From the NCBI GenBank assembly GCA_003483855.1, contig DMXP01000006.1:24280-88279 (forward strand): a stretch of DNA of 64,000 nucleotides, in the 5' to 3' direction. This stretch comes from Candidatus Yonathbacteria bacterium. Lineage in GTDB: Bacteria; Patescibacteriota; Minisyncoccia; Phycocordibacterales; UBA1550. Under the pieces are notes generated by a model that saw nothing but the letters and a program-made list of their open reading frames with translations, made no database searches and was not told where the DNA came from. Of the stretch, positions 1-8,670 are shown piece after piece; position 1 is the first letter of the stretch; every line of letters begins with the position of its first letter. The position numbers and the translations under genes were made by a program.

Positions 1-552
1 CCTGTCCACGATAGCAATAAGGTTGTGAAGTTTTTCACGACCAGCAAGCATCGCTGCTTCCCAAATTTGCCCTTCGTTCAATTCTCCATCACCTAGAAAA
101 CAGTACACTGTTCTATTTGAATTCTGCCCGCGGTCAAGACGGTCTGCAAGCGCCATTCCAACAGCTTGCGAAAGACCCTGCCCGAGTGGGCCAGAACTCG
201 TTTCAAGCATCGGCAAATATTCACGATGTGGGTGCCCCTGCAGGCGCGTGCCAAACTTGCGAAGTGTTTTTAATTCTTCTACAGGGAAATATCCTGAATG
301 CGCCATCACTGCGTAAAGCACGGGGCAAATGTGTCCGTTTGAAAGCACCACGCGGTCGCGTTCATCCCATGTGGGATTCTTTGGGTCATGTTTCAAAATA
401 TGAAAATAAAACGCAGTAAAAATGTCTGTCATCCCGAGAGGCCCTGCTGTGTGCCCCGACTTTGCTTCCACAAGCGCCTCAATAATAGACTTGCGAACCT
501 CAAGAGCCTTCTCTTCTAGAAATTTTATTTTGTCGTCGTGGAGGTGAGTCAT
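1..552 (-). CDS. Transketolase, N-terminal (TPP-binding) subunit; partial, runs off window start
   Basis: Minus-strand translation from ATG at 552: MTHLHDDKIKFLEEKALEVRKSII...SGHTAGPLG...GHPH...GPLGQGLSQAVGMALA...FLGDGELNEGQIWEA. These are transketolase N-terminal hallmarks. Not in the ORF track because it is truncated at the window edge. Confidence 0.85.
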   Translation of the reverse strand, partial: MTHLHDDKIKFLEEKALEVRKSIIEALVEAKSGHTAGPLGMTDIFTAFYFHILKHDPKNPTWDERDRVVLSNGHICPVLYAVMAHSGYFPVEELKTLRKFGTRLQGHPHREYLPMLETSSGPLGQGLSQAVGMALADRLDRGQNSNRTVYCFLGDGELNEGQIWEAAMLAGREKLHNLIAIVDR

Positions 553-562
553 GGGGGTGCAG

Positions 563-611
563 GTGTTAGGTTTTAGGTTGTAGGTTGTAGGTTTTAGGTT
601 GTAGGTTGTAG
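563..611. repeat. Tandem heptamer repeat (GTKKTAG)x7, i.e. a 21-mer gttttaggttgtaggttgtag x2 plus one
   Basis: Direct reading: gtgttag gttttag gttgtag gttgtag gttttag gttgtag gttgtag. Lies between the transketolase start and the HepT remnant. Confidence 0.8.
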
Positions 612-683
612 TAAATTCACCGAGCATAACTTTTCTTTAATGGCATCGCAAACCTGTTGAATGTAGAGTGTGTCGCTTTTCAT
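594..683 (-). pseudogene. HepT (DUF86/HEPN toxin) remnant: 29 codons, then a stop inside the heptamer repeat
   Basis: ATG overlaps the MntA stop (ATGA). Translation MKSDTLYIQQVCDAIKEKLCSVNLLQPTT* resembles DUF86 N-termini (M..D.LYL.HIL.AI..I). The frame terminates within the repeat tract. Confidence 0.45.
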
Positions 684-967
684 AATTCGTAAATTGGACG
701 AAGGTCAGATGTAATATATGACTTGAGGTACGGACTCACGCTCGACTCGGTTACAACATCAACGTCTCTTCCTAGGGAGAGGGCGAGCGCATCGCGAAAT
801 TGTATATACTGCACTAGGTCCATCTTGGTACCAAGCTTTACAAGAATATCAATATCACTTTCTGGAGTACCTTCTCCGCGCGAGACCGAACCAAATACAG
901 ACGCGCGGGCAATACCATAACGCTTGAATACTGGGGTCGCCTTCATTTTTATTTCCTGCAATTCCAT
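680..967 (-). CDS. MntA-type minimal nucleotidyltransferase (type VII TA antitoxin-like)
   Basis: Motif GSVSRGEGTPESDIDILV (GS..RG...SDID[IL]) in a 95-aa protein. Confidence 0.7.
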   Translation of the reverse strand: MELQEIKMKATPVFKRYGIARASVFGSVSRGEGTPESDIDILVKLGTKMDLVQYIQFRDALALSLGRDVDVVTESSVSPYLKSYITSDLRPIYEL

Positions 968-983
968 ATATAGTATTACATAA

Positions 984-1262
984 TTACATCAATACACCAA
1001 TGATCTTTCCTATTAAAAATACCACGAAGAAGCCCGTGAACGCCCCATAATAACCATATGTTCTAAACTCTTTTTTAAGAGTAAGTGCTGGTCCAAAAAA
1101 TAAAATAGGCATAAGTATAAACAAAAAAATGAGGACTCCCCATATGATAGTCTCATATGAAAGGTCTTCACCTGGATTAGAGATACGGACTACCAAGGAT
1201 AGAGCCCCCAAAGCAACAATTGGACTAAAAAAACAGACTAAAAAGGCTTTTATCTTTGTCAT
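984..1262 (-). CDS. Small hydrophobic membrane protein, hypothetical
   Basis: 92 aa with predicted TM helices. Well-spaced ORF on the coding strand of the operon. Confidence 0.5.
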   Translation of the reverse strand: MTKIKAFLVCFFSPIVALGALSLVVRISNPGEDLSYETIIWGVLIFLFILMPILFFGPALTLKKEFRTYGYYGAFTGFFVVFLIGKIIGVLM

Positions 1263-1266
1263 ATAA

Positions 1267-1938
1267 TTATTGTACCAAATTCTCTAACTTCGCGATAGCG
1301 CCAACGAAGTCATCTGCGTCTAAAATCGCCGAACCAGACACAAGTCGCGTTGCTCCTGCCTCTACGAGCGAGAGCGCGGTGTCAAAGTTTACCGAGCCAT
1401 CAATACTAATATGCAATTCAGGATGTTTCGCGCGGAGCGCACGCACATTTTCAAGTACTCGCTCGTCAAACGCTTCCCCTTGGAAGCCAATGCGCGCTAT
1501 ACCCATGCACTGCACAAAATCAATCCTCTCTATGTATGGCTCAATCGCTGAAAGAGGTGTCGTTGTGTTTATGGCAAGCCCGAGTTCTATTAATCCAACA
1601 GGAACCGACGCGCGAATTTTTTCAAAATCAACCATTGATTCCACGTGCACAATAATCCTTCTCACGCCTGCGCTCACCCACCTTGGAACCGCAAGCTCGG
1701 GATTTTCTATCATCAAGTCTACTTCAAAATCAATTTCCTCCCAGCGAGGCATTCCCTCTTCTTCGGCGGCAATTGCGTCAAAGTGCGCATCACGCGGATA
1801 CGGCCATGTGCGTGCCGGCACAAACTTGCCGTCCATAATGTCCAACTGTACAAACGGCACAACGCCAACAAAAAAACTCATCTTTTCATCCAAGTCTTCG
1901 TAGTCTCTAGGCATTATCGCGGGAATAATTTCTACCAT
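1267..1938 (-). CDS. rpe: Ribulose-phosphate 3-epimerase
   Basis: IMPRDYEDLDE...LDIMDGKFVP...H.ES...GLAINT in a 223-aa protein. Confidence 0.85.
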   Translation of the reverse strand: MVEIIPAIMPRDYEDLDEKMSFFVGVVPFVQLDIMDGKFVPARTWPYPRDAHFDAIAAEEEGMPRWEEIDFEVDLMIENPELAVPRWVSAGVRRIIVHVESMVDFEKIRASVPVGLIELGLAINTTTPLSAIEPYIERIDFVQCMGIARIGFQGEAFDERVLENVRALRAKHPELHISIDGSVNFDTALSLVEAGATRLVSGSAILDADDFVGAIAKLENLVQ

Positions 1939-1941
1939 AGC

Positions 1942-2382
1942 TTATTTGTCCAACTTTTGAATTCTTCGCGAGTGCCTTTCATCTCCGCTAAATGGCGTTT
2001 CCAGCCACACACGCACAACCTCTCTTGCTTCGTCCTCATCCACAAACCGCGCGCCGAGAGAAAGAATGTTCGCGTCATTGTGCTCGCGCGAAAGCACGGC
2101 AACATCAAACGGCCCGCCGTAGTATACAGCGGCGCGCGCGCCCTTCACCCTGTTTGCGCACATCGCTTCTCCTTGTCCAGAACCACCGAGAATAATCCCG
2201 CGAGACTCTGGGTCTTTAGCCACTGCCTCCGCTACAAGACGAATAAAATCTGGATAGTCATCTAGCGCTTCAATCTTATGCGCGCCAAAATCCTCTATAT
2301 CGTGCCCATGCGCGCGCAAAAACGGAAGGAGATTTTCCTTTAGCTCAAAACCTGCGTGATCGGTACCGATGTAGATGCGCAT
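1942..2382 (-). CDS. rpiB: Ribose-5-phosphate isomerase B
   Basis: MRIYIGTDHAGFELKE...GGSGQGEAMCANRVKG; 146 aa, RpiB/LacAB family. Confidence 0.85.
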   Translation of the reverse strand: MRIYIGTDHAGFELKENLLPFLRAHGHDIEDFGAHKIEALDDYPDFIRLVAEAVAKDPESRGIILGGSGQGEAMCANRVKGARAAVYYGGPFDVAVLSREHNDANILSLGARFVDEDEAREVVRVWLETPFSGDERHSRRIQKLDK

Positions 2383-2409
2383 AATGTTAAATGATAAATT
2401 TTAAATTTT

Positions 2410-3444
2410 CTAAAGGTATTCTGCCACCTTAACAACATGCTGTACGAGTGTATTCGTGTATCCCATTTCGTTGTCATACCACGCCATTACTTTTACAAGG
2501 TTGCCGTCTACCACGCGCGTGAGGTCAAGGTCCGCGATAGAACCATAGAGCTCACCAACGATATCCGAGGACACAATCGGCTCCTCGCTTACTTTAAAAA
2601 TCCCAGCCCAGCGAGGATCACGCGCAGCGTCACGAAGAATTTGATTTACTTCCTCAACACTCGTATTCCTTTTTGCTATGAATGTTACATCGGCGATAGA
2701 ACCCGCAATCACCGGCACACGAATAGAGATACCGTCAAACTTTCCTTTCAAATCTTTTACAACTTCTGTGACAGAAATAGCCGCGCCAGTTGAAGCAGGT
2801 ACCATATTTGCGGCACCTGCGCGTCCACCGCGAAGGTCTTTGCCTCCTGGACCATCCACAATCTTCTGTGTGCCTGTGTACGCGTGCGTAGTGTTCAAAA
2901 TTGCTTTTTCAATACCAATCGTTTCGTTCAAAATACAAACCACAGGACTTGCCGCATTCGTGGTACACGAAGCATTTGAAGAAATTTTTGCATTTGCTAA
3001 TTCGCCATCGTTGATGCCCATTAGCGCGGTAACACAGGGAACTTCCGGGAGAGACTCGCCTTTCATTGGCGCAGTAATAACTACGCGCTTCGCACCTTGG
3101 TCTAAATGAACCTTTGCGCTTTCTGTGCTTGTATAAAATCCAGTAGACTCAACCACGATATCAATATTGTATTTTGCCCACGGGAGATTGGTTGGTTCTT
3201 TCTCTTGAACGAGCGCAACTTTTTCACCTCCCACAATAAATCCAGGCTCATCGCCACCAACAACCTCCACCTCAAAGTCTGCCTTGCCGTAAGCAGTGTC
3301 ATATTTCAAAAGGTACGCCATATTTGATGGGTCACCGAGGTCGTTCACCACCACAATCTCAAACTCTGGGCGTGTGCGCGCCAATTTATAAAATGCGCGT
3401 CCAATGCGCCCAAACCCGTTAATCGCTACTCGTACTTTTGCCAT
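2410..3444 (-). CDS. gap: Glyceraldehyde-3-phosphate dehydrogenase
   Basis: VAINGFGRIGR...ASCTTN active-site motif; 344 aa. Confidence 0.9.
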   Translation of the reverse strand: MAKVRVAINGFGRIGRAFYKLARTRPEFEIVVVNDLGDPSNMAYLLKYDTAYGKADFEVEVVGGDEPGFIVGGEKVALVQEKEPTNLPWAKYNIDIVVESTGFYTSTESAKVHLDQGAKRVVITAPMKGESLPEVPCVTALMGINDGELANAKISSNASCTTNAASPVVCILNETIGIEKAILNTTHAYTGTQKIVDGPGGKDLRGGRAGAANMVPASTGAAISVTEVVKDLKGKFDGISIRVPVIAGSIADVTFIAKRNTSVEEVNQILRDAARDPRWAGIFKVSEEPIVSSDIVGELYGSIADLDLTRVVDGNLVKVMAWYDNEMGYTNTLVQHVVKVAEYL

Positions 3445-3539
3445 GGTTGATTTTCTTTGAGCGAAGCGAAGTTGAAAATCACCACCCGGTTAAATGACTT
3501 TTTATTAAAAGTCCCTGCTTTGCAGGATTTAACTGGGTA
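3445..3539 (-). promoter_or_regulatory. Conserved structured 5' leader element, copy A, immediately upstream of the gap start
   Basis: About 90% identical to 7037-7134. It has nested inverted repeats (cccRgttaaat...atttaactggg enclosing gactttttaYtaaaagtc and cctgctttgcagg). A second stem (ggtTgattttc/gaaaatcacc) abuts the ATG. Confidence 0.5.
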
Positions 3540-3610
3540 GACGACCCAACTTCGTACCACTCGTTATTTTAATGATTAAAACTATACTGTTATTTTACCA
3601 TACAGAACTA

Positions 3611-3637
3611 AAAAGGCACACATTTGTGTGCTTTTTT
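3611..3637 (-). terminator. Rho-independent terminator downstream of gatB
   Basis: Hairpin gcacaca-ttt-gtgtgc flanked by an A-run and a T-run; the gatB stop lies within the run. Confidence 0.6.
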
Positions 3638-5051
3638 AGTTCAATGCCTCCTCAAACAGCGTTTTGAGCATTGCGGGGTTCCCGCTTCCTTTTGAAGCCT
3701 TCATACCCTGTCCGATGAAAAATTGTAGGAGCGCTGTTTTGCCTGATTTATAGTCGGCAACAACAGTTGGATTTGCTTCAATAATTTCTGCGACCATTTT
3801 TTTGAGCGCCTCAATATCATTTTTCTGAATGAGGCCGTGCTTCTTTGCAATTTCGTGTGGATGTCCACCTTCTGCATACAAAATCGCGAGTGTGTCTTTT
3901 GCTCCACGTGAAGATAGGTCCCCATCTTTAATCATTGTCACGAGGTCGGCAAGTGACTTACCTGTTACTCCACCAATTGACTCAGAACCTTTCATAAGTC
4001 CAACGAGGTCTGATGTAACATAGTTTTCAATAAGCGCAATTGAAGGGCGGTCAACACCGATTGCAGCAATCGCATCTTCAAAAAGCCCGCCAAGTGTTTT
4101 ATCTGCCGTAAACACTTCTGCGTTCTCTGGCTTCACGCCATACTCACGCACGAGGCGCGCGCGCTTCTCCCATGGGAGTTCGGGCATCATCGCCTGTAAA
4201 TTTTCGATTGAAAATTCTGAAATCTCTGAAATTTTTAATTTTGGCAAATCGGGATCAGGGAAATAGCGGTAATCGTGAGCGCTTTCTTTTTTGCGCTGTG
4301 AAAATGTCTTCTGCCCACCTTCATCCCATCCGCGGGTTTCCTGCACAATCTCCCCAGGCCCGCCATCCAAAATTTTTGTCATACGCTCCACCTCGTACGC
4401 AATCGCTCTCTCCACCGAGCGAAACGAGTTTAAATTTTTCACCTCAACTTTCGTGCCAAGCTTGTCTGTCTTTGATATTGAAATATTTGCCTCCACACGC
4501 ATCTCTCCCTTTTCCATATTCGCATCAGATACGCCGAGCGTGCGGAGAAGAAGCTGGAGCTCGCGCGCAAAAGCGCCAGCTTCTTCGGCAGTATGAATCA
4601 CTGGCTTCGTCACGAGCTCCATCAGAGGCACGCCTGCGCGATTGTAATCCACAAGACTTCCTTCACTCCCTTCGTGCGATGAGCTCGCTGTGTCTTCCTC
4701 CAAATGCACACGCTCAATAGCGATGCCATTTAGCATTCCATTTGAAACAAGCGGATATTTGTACTGACTAATTTGATAGCCCTTTGGAATGTCTGGGTAA
4801 AAATAGTTCTTGCGGTCAAACTCGGTAAAGTCTGCGAGGTCGCTCCCAAGCGCCGTGCCTACACGAAGCACGTGATGCACCGCCTGCTTGTTAATCACAG
4901 GCAAAGTCCCCGGGTGCGCCATGCACACAGGGCAAATATTCACATTCGGCTCCGCATTAAACGGGTCATTTGCCGAATTGCAGAACATCTTTGTCTTAGT
5001 TTTTAGCTCGGCGTGAACCTCCAAGCCGACCGTTAGTTTGTATTCACTCAT
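3636..5051 (-). CDS. gatB: Asp/Glu-tRNA(Asn/Gln) amidotransferase subunit B
   Basis: MSEYKLTVGLEVHAELKTKTKMFC...; 471 aa GatB architecture. Confidence 0.9.
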   Translation of the reverse strand: MSEYKLTVGLEVHAELKTKTKMFCNSANDPFNAEPNVNICPVCMAHPGTLPVINKQAVHHVLRVGTALGSDLADFTEFDRKNYFYPDIPKGYQISQYKYPLVSNGMLNGIAIERVHLEEDTASSSHEGSEGSLVDYNRAGVPLMELVTKPVIHTAEEAGAFARELQLLLRTLGVSDANMEKGEMRVEANISISKTDKLGTKVEVKNLNSFRSVERAIAYEVERMTKILDGGPGEIVQETRGWDEGGQKTFSQRKKESAHDYRYFPDPDLPKLKISEISEFSIENLQAMMPELPWEKRARLVREYGVKPENAEVFTADKTLGGLFEDAIAAIGVDRPSIALIENYVTSDLVGLMKGSESIGGVTGKSLADLVTMIKDGDLSSRGAKDTLAILYAEGGHPHEIAKKHGLIQKNDIEALKKMVAEIIEANPTVVADYKSGKTALLQFFIGQGMKASKGSGNPAMLKTLFEEALN

Positions 5052-5062
5052 ATTTTAATATT

Positions 5063-5293
5063 TTATTTCAACCAAAGATTTTGCGGAATACCAGATTGCG
5101 CAATAACTGATTTTAGTGTTCTGGGGTGAATCGATTTTTGCCCGTGATATTGAATATGCGTCTGTCTCACCTTTCCGCCATACGAACCAATGTAGTAAAA
5201 GTGGCTTCCGTGTGTATGAGAATGTTGAAATCCATACTCTTTTAAAAAATCGACTACGCCCTTAAATGTCCAGTTGTTGAGTCCGCGAGGCAT
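5063..5293 (-). CDS. hicA: HicA-like (YcfA) mRNA interferase toxin
   Basis: 76 aa; ...KGVVDFLKEYGF...GSHFYY...KVRQTH...HPRTLKSVIAQSGI fits the HicA/COG1724 pattern. Confidence 0.55.
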   Translation of the reverse strand: MPRGLNNWTFKGVVDFLKEYGFQHSHTHGSHFYYIGSYGGKVRQTHIQYHGQKSIHPRTLKSVIAQSGIPQNLWLK

Positions 5294-5299
5294 AGTTTC

Positions 5300-5701
5300 T
5301 TACGCAAATGCGAGATTAAATTTACCAGAACTTAGAACGTATGGGGATTTTGTCGAGCGTGTATTGCTTCTCTTGACATCACTTGCCTGCGCGCTCTCCC
5401 ACATTTTTTCATACTCAGAGTCAACCGTTTGATTGAGCACGTGGGGGCGCAATTTAGACTTACGCGCGGAGCCGAGGTAGCCAACGATAGCTTCATTTAG
5501 AAGGACGATGGCTTCAATCTGTGATGCACCCTCAACAACGACATTAAACTCAAGCGCCACCGCAAAAAAAGTATCTTTTTCCTTGAATACCACGTATCGC
5601 ACCGACCCTTTTTGTAGAGTATTTTTGAAAGATTTCATATGTTCATAATACCCTAGCGTGGGCACAAAGACAACTTCAATATCTTCGTACTGTACTGTCA
5701 C
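5300..5701 (-). CDS. hicB: HicB-like antitoxin (UPF0150 N-terminal domain), GTG start
   Basis: RYVVFKEKDTFFAVALEFNVVVEGASQIEAIVLLNEAIVGYL resembles the HicB N-domain. Lies directly upstream of hicA. Confidence 0.5.
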   Translation of the reverse strand: MTVQYEDIEVVFVPTLGYYEHMKSFKNTLQKGSVRYVVFKEKDTFFAVALEFNVVVEGASQIEAIVLLNEAIVGYLGSARKSKLRPHVLNQTVDSEYEKMWESAQASDVKRSNTRSTKSPYVLSSGKFNLAFA

Positions 5702-5757
5702 CTAACCCCAAATTTTTCAATACCTTCGTACTGCACTGTCAATAATATTCATCAACT

Positions 5758-6012
5758 TTACTTAAAATTTTTAGCTTTTTCATCCCACGCCTTTTTTTCT
5801 TTTTCCTGTTTCTCAGCGACTTCTTTGAGACGAATATCCTCATCAGTTTTTGGTACTTCACCTCCAAAAAAATACATGAACCCTCCAGCGATAATAACCC
5901 AAAGCCACCAAAGGAAAGGGAAAGTTACCACGAGCCCCCAGATTAAAACCCCACAGATTAGTAATACACCAATAGTACGCATATTATTTTTTAACACTTC
6001 CTTTATCATCAT
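5758..6012 (-). CDS. Small membrane protein, hypothetical
   Basis: 84 aa with a Trp-rich TM segment and a charged C-tail. Confidence 0.45.
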   Translation of the reverse strand: MMIKEVLKNNMRTIGVLLICGVLIWGLVVTFPFLWWLWVIIAGGFMYFFGGEVPKTDEDIRLKEVAEKQEKEKKAWDEKAKNFK

Positions 6013-6055
6013 TCATAGTTTCATTATAAACTACTTTACCCTAAAATCCACTAAA

Positions 6056-7036
6056 TCACACCACCTTCTTCAAAAGTTTCAAAAGTTCGTCTTGAAATAC
6101 TTTCATACATTTGTCGTCCAAAATCGTGATAGTAAACACTTCCGAATGTGGATAGGTTTTCTTCATTGCTACTTCCACTTCATTCACGTGCTCTGGAGTT
6201 ACCATATCTGTTTTGGTGAGAATAATTATCTCGTGCTTTGAAGCCAAGTCTTTATCAAATGCTTCAAGCTCTTTGCGTACAGTTTCGTACACTGCGAGTG
6301 GGTCTTCGTTTTCAAGCGACACCAAATGCGCGAGCATTTTGGTGCGCTTCACATGACGGAGGAATTTATGTCCAAGCCCTTTTCCTTCTGATGCGCCTTC
6401 AATGAGCCCTGGGATATCCGCAATGATAAATCCAAAACAATCGCCCAAGTTTGGCTCAAGTGTGGTGAACGCATAGTCAGCAGTCTTTGCGCTCGCGCGT
6501 GTGAGCGCGTTCAAAAGCGAAGATTTGCCCGCGTTTGGCAAACCCACGAGCCCTATGTCCGCAACAATCTGAAGCTCAACTTTGAAATCTGCTTCTTGCC
6601 CTTTCATTCCAGGCACGTGCTCTTTTGGTGTGCGATTGGTTGATGTCTTAAAATGCTCGTTGCCAAATCCTCCACGCCCTCCTTTTAATACCAAAATCTG
6701 CTGACCTTCATCTAGAAGCTGATACTCAGATCCAGTATCAAGATTCGTCACAATAGAACCAATAGGCAAATCCAAAATAAAATCATCGCCGTTTCTGCCG
6801 TGCAAACTGTCATTGCCACCGTCGCCTGCGCGCTCCGCGAAGAAATCTTTTTGATGGCGATACTTCACAAGGATATGCACGTCGCGAACAGCGCGGATAA
6901 TCATATCTCCGCCCTTTCCACCGTCACCGCCAGAAGGACCAGCAAATTCTTTGCCTTTCTCATGCTTAAGACGCATAACGCCGTTTCCGCCGTCGCCCGC
7001 CTTCATATGCATCGTCATTTCATCTATAAATGCCAT
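6056..7036 (-). CDS. obg: GTPase Obg/CgtA
   Basis: MAFIDEMTMHMKAGDGGNGVMRLKHEKGKEFAGPSGGDGGKGGD (Obg fold) plus G-domain motifs GLPNAGKSSL and DIPG. Confidence 0.9.
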   Translation of the reverse strand: MAFIDEMTMHMKAGDGGNGVMRLKHEKGKEFAGPSGGDGGKGGDMIIRAVRDVHILVKYRHQKDFFAERAGDGGNDSLHGRNGDDFILDLPIGSIVTNLDTGSEYQLLDEGQQILVLKGGRGGFGNEHFKTSTNRTPKEHVPGMKGQEADFKVELQIVADIGLVGLPNAGKSSLLNALTRASAKTADYAFTTLEPNLGDCFGFIIADIPGLIEGASEGKGLGHKFLRHVKRTKMLAHLVSLENEDPLAVYETVRKELEAFDKDLASKHEIIILTKTDMVTPEHVNEVEVAMKKTYPHSEVFTITILDDKCMKVFQDELLKLLKKVV

Positions 7037-7134
7037 GATTGATTTTCTTAATGAGCTTGCGAATTTAGAAAATCAATCACCCAGTTAAATGACTTTTTAC
7101 TAAAAGTCCCTGCTTTGCAGGATTTAACTGGGTA
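7037..7134 (-). promoter_or_regulatory. Conserved structured 5' leader element, copy B, immediately upstream of the obg start
   Basis: Same nested-palindrome element as 3445-3539. The perfect 11-bp stem gattgattttc/gaaaatcaatc abuts the ATG. Confidence 0.5.
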
Positions 7135-7194
7135 AGGTAACTGATTCAATGTCACTTCACTCACTATGTTACTTTGACTATATCACAAAAATTA

Positions 7195-8094
7195 CTAGGC
7201 GTCCACTGCGAGTTTTGCGAGCGCAAGCGCGCCGTCTTTTGATCCCGCTACAGCTATAAAAAGTTTATTGTGGCAAAAGAGAGCGTCTGGTACTCCGGAA
7301 ATTTCTGCAAGCTCATCACCTGTCTTCCCTGCCCACGCGCTCGGTAGATTTTTTCTATTTTTAAATGAATGCACGTCGCTTCGCACCGCTTCTATTTTCC
7401 ACTTGCCCATATTTCCGCGATCCGGCTTCACAACAAAAAGCGGTTCTGATTTTGTGCCGAGAGCTTCGTACCATGGATAATGGTCTTCTAAAATAATAAT
7501 GCGTTTGTCATCTGCTTTTTCGTATGCTTCCTCAGCGTATCGCTTTCCTTCCTCTTCGGTGCGAGCACGCACGATTTCGCGCTCAAGAATTTTCACCGCA
7601 AAAGGAACCGCCTCAGAAAATCCTTCGTCCTCTGTGCGAGCTTCATTCCACCCAGGGCGAAAAGCAGATATCACGTCTTGAAGAATGTACGGCGCGACTT
7701 CTCCACGCACACCAAAAGTTTCAAAACCATTGTCTCCAGCGTCTACTGGTTGCGCAACTCGCTCATCAATCACACGCGCGACGTACGCCGATCCAGATAT
7801 TTTTTCTCCAAACTCTTTCCATACCAAGCCAAAAGAAGAATACGGGATTCCATTTGGGCGCACTCCTGATCCACCCTCCTGGTGATGGTCAAAACGTCCG
7901 CGCGCGTGGTCGTACTCACCGCCAACATCCACCACATAGTCGCCCGTTGCCCAAATATCGGGTTCGCGACTGCGAATAACCTCAATATTTCCATCATTCA
8001 AAAGAGAAAGCACTGCGCAGGCAAAAACCTCATCCGTGTGAAAGTTTCCGCTATGCGTTATTATTTTCAAGTTTTTTTCGTTCGTGTCGTTCAT
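7195..8094 (-). CDS. MYG1/UPF0160 family metal-dependent hydrolase
   Basis: N-terminal IITHSGNFHTDEVFA is the UPF0160/MYG1 signature; 299 aa. Confidence 0.7.
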   Translation of the reverse strand: MNDTNEKNLKIITHSGNFHTDEVFACAVLSLLNDGNIEVIRSREPDIWATGDYVVDVGGEYDHARGRFDHHQEGGSGVRPNGIPYSSFGLVWKEFGEKISGSAYVARVIDERVAQPVDAGDNGFETFGVRGEVAPYILQDVISAFRPGWNEARTEDEGFSEAVPFAVKILEREIVRARTEEEGKRYAEEAYEKADDKRIIILEDHYPWYEALGTKSEPLFVVKPDRGNMGKWKIEAVRSDVHSFKNRKNLPSAWAGKTGDELAEISGVPDALFCHNKLFIAVAGSKDGALALAKLAVDA

Positions 8095-8668
8095 ACTGAT
8101 GCGTAATTAGTCTCTGAACCAAAATGAATGCTAGCATAAAAAGTAACGCCATCAAAGCAAACTCTCCAATCTTGCGCGTTGTGCTGATGGCCGCATACCC
8201 AAAAAAGTACCCGACCCCAAAGTACAAAAGAACCCAACCTATAGACGCAAGAAATTCCGCTTTAAAAAAAAGCTTGAATGGGATATGCAGGACTCCAGAC
8301 ATAATAACAGTCGCGCGATTTGCGCCGTAAATAAATTTTGAAAAGAAAATAGATTTAAACGGGTTTGCGCGAAACTCGGGTAAAAAGAATATCATTATCC
8401 TTTCTGCTCTTTTTAGTATTCTCCTTGTGAGTCTAGCATCCTTGAGTTTCGCGCCGAGGTTGTACCACATCACATTTCCCAAAACCACACCAACGAGCGA
8501 AACCAAGAGAACATCCTTTCCGTCAAAAGCTTCCAAGGATACTAGCATCCCAGCAACAATCAAAAATACTTCACCCTCAAGGACCATCGCGATAAATAAA
8601 ATCACGTATCCAAAAATACGGTGATCCTGCACAAGCTGAACAAATACATCAATAGACTGCTCTAACAT
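8051..8668 (-). CDS. DedA/VTT-domain family membrane protein
   Basis: ...YVILFIAMVLEGEVFLIVAG... plus multiple TM helices; 205 aa. Confidence 0.65.
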   Translation of the reverse strand: MLEQSIDVFVQLVQDHRIFGYVILFIAMVLEGEVFLIVAGMLVSLEAFDGKDVLLVSLVGVVLGNVMWYNLGAKLKDARLTRRILKRAERIMIFFLPEFRANPFKSIFFSKFIYGANRATVIMSGVLHIPFKLFFKAEFLASIGWVLLYFGVGYFFGYAAISTTRKIGEFALMALLFMLAFILVQRLITHQYERHERKKLENNNA

Positions 8669-8670
8669 AA

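Noticed and set aside
117-419. 100-aa plus-strand ORF at the window start
   Set aside because: Lies antisense to a clearly conserved transketolase N-terminal subunit read on the minus strand. It is a shadow ORF.
1256-2265. Plus-strand ORFs of 215 and 206 aa overlapping rpe and rpiB
   Set aside because: They are antisense to strongly motif-supported genes. They have low-complexity Ser/Thr-rich translations typical of shadow frames.
4172-4720. 182-aa plus-strand ORF inside gatB
   Set aside because: Antisense shadow of gatB.
7524-7979. 151-aa plus-strand ORF and several smaller ones inside the MYG1-family gene
   Set aside because: Antisense shadows with Arg/Pro/His-rich composition.
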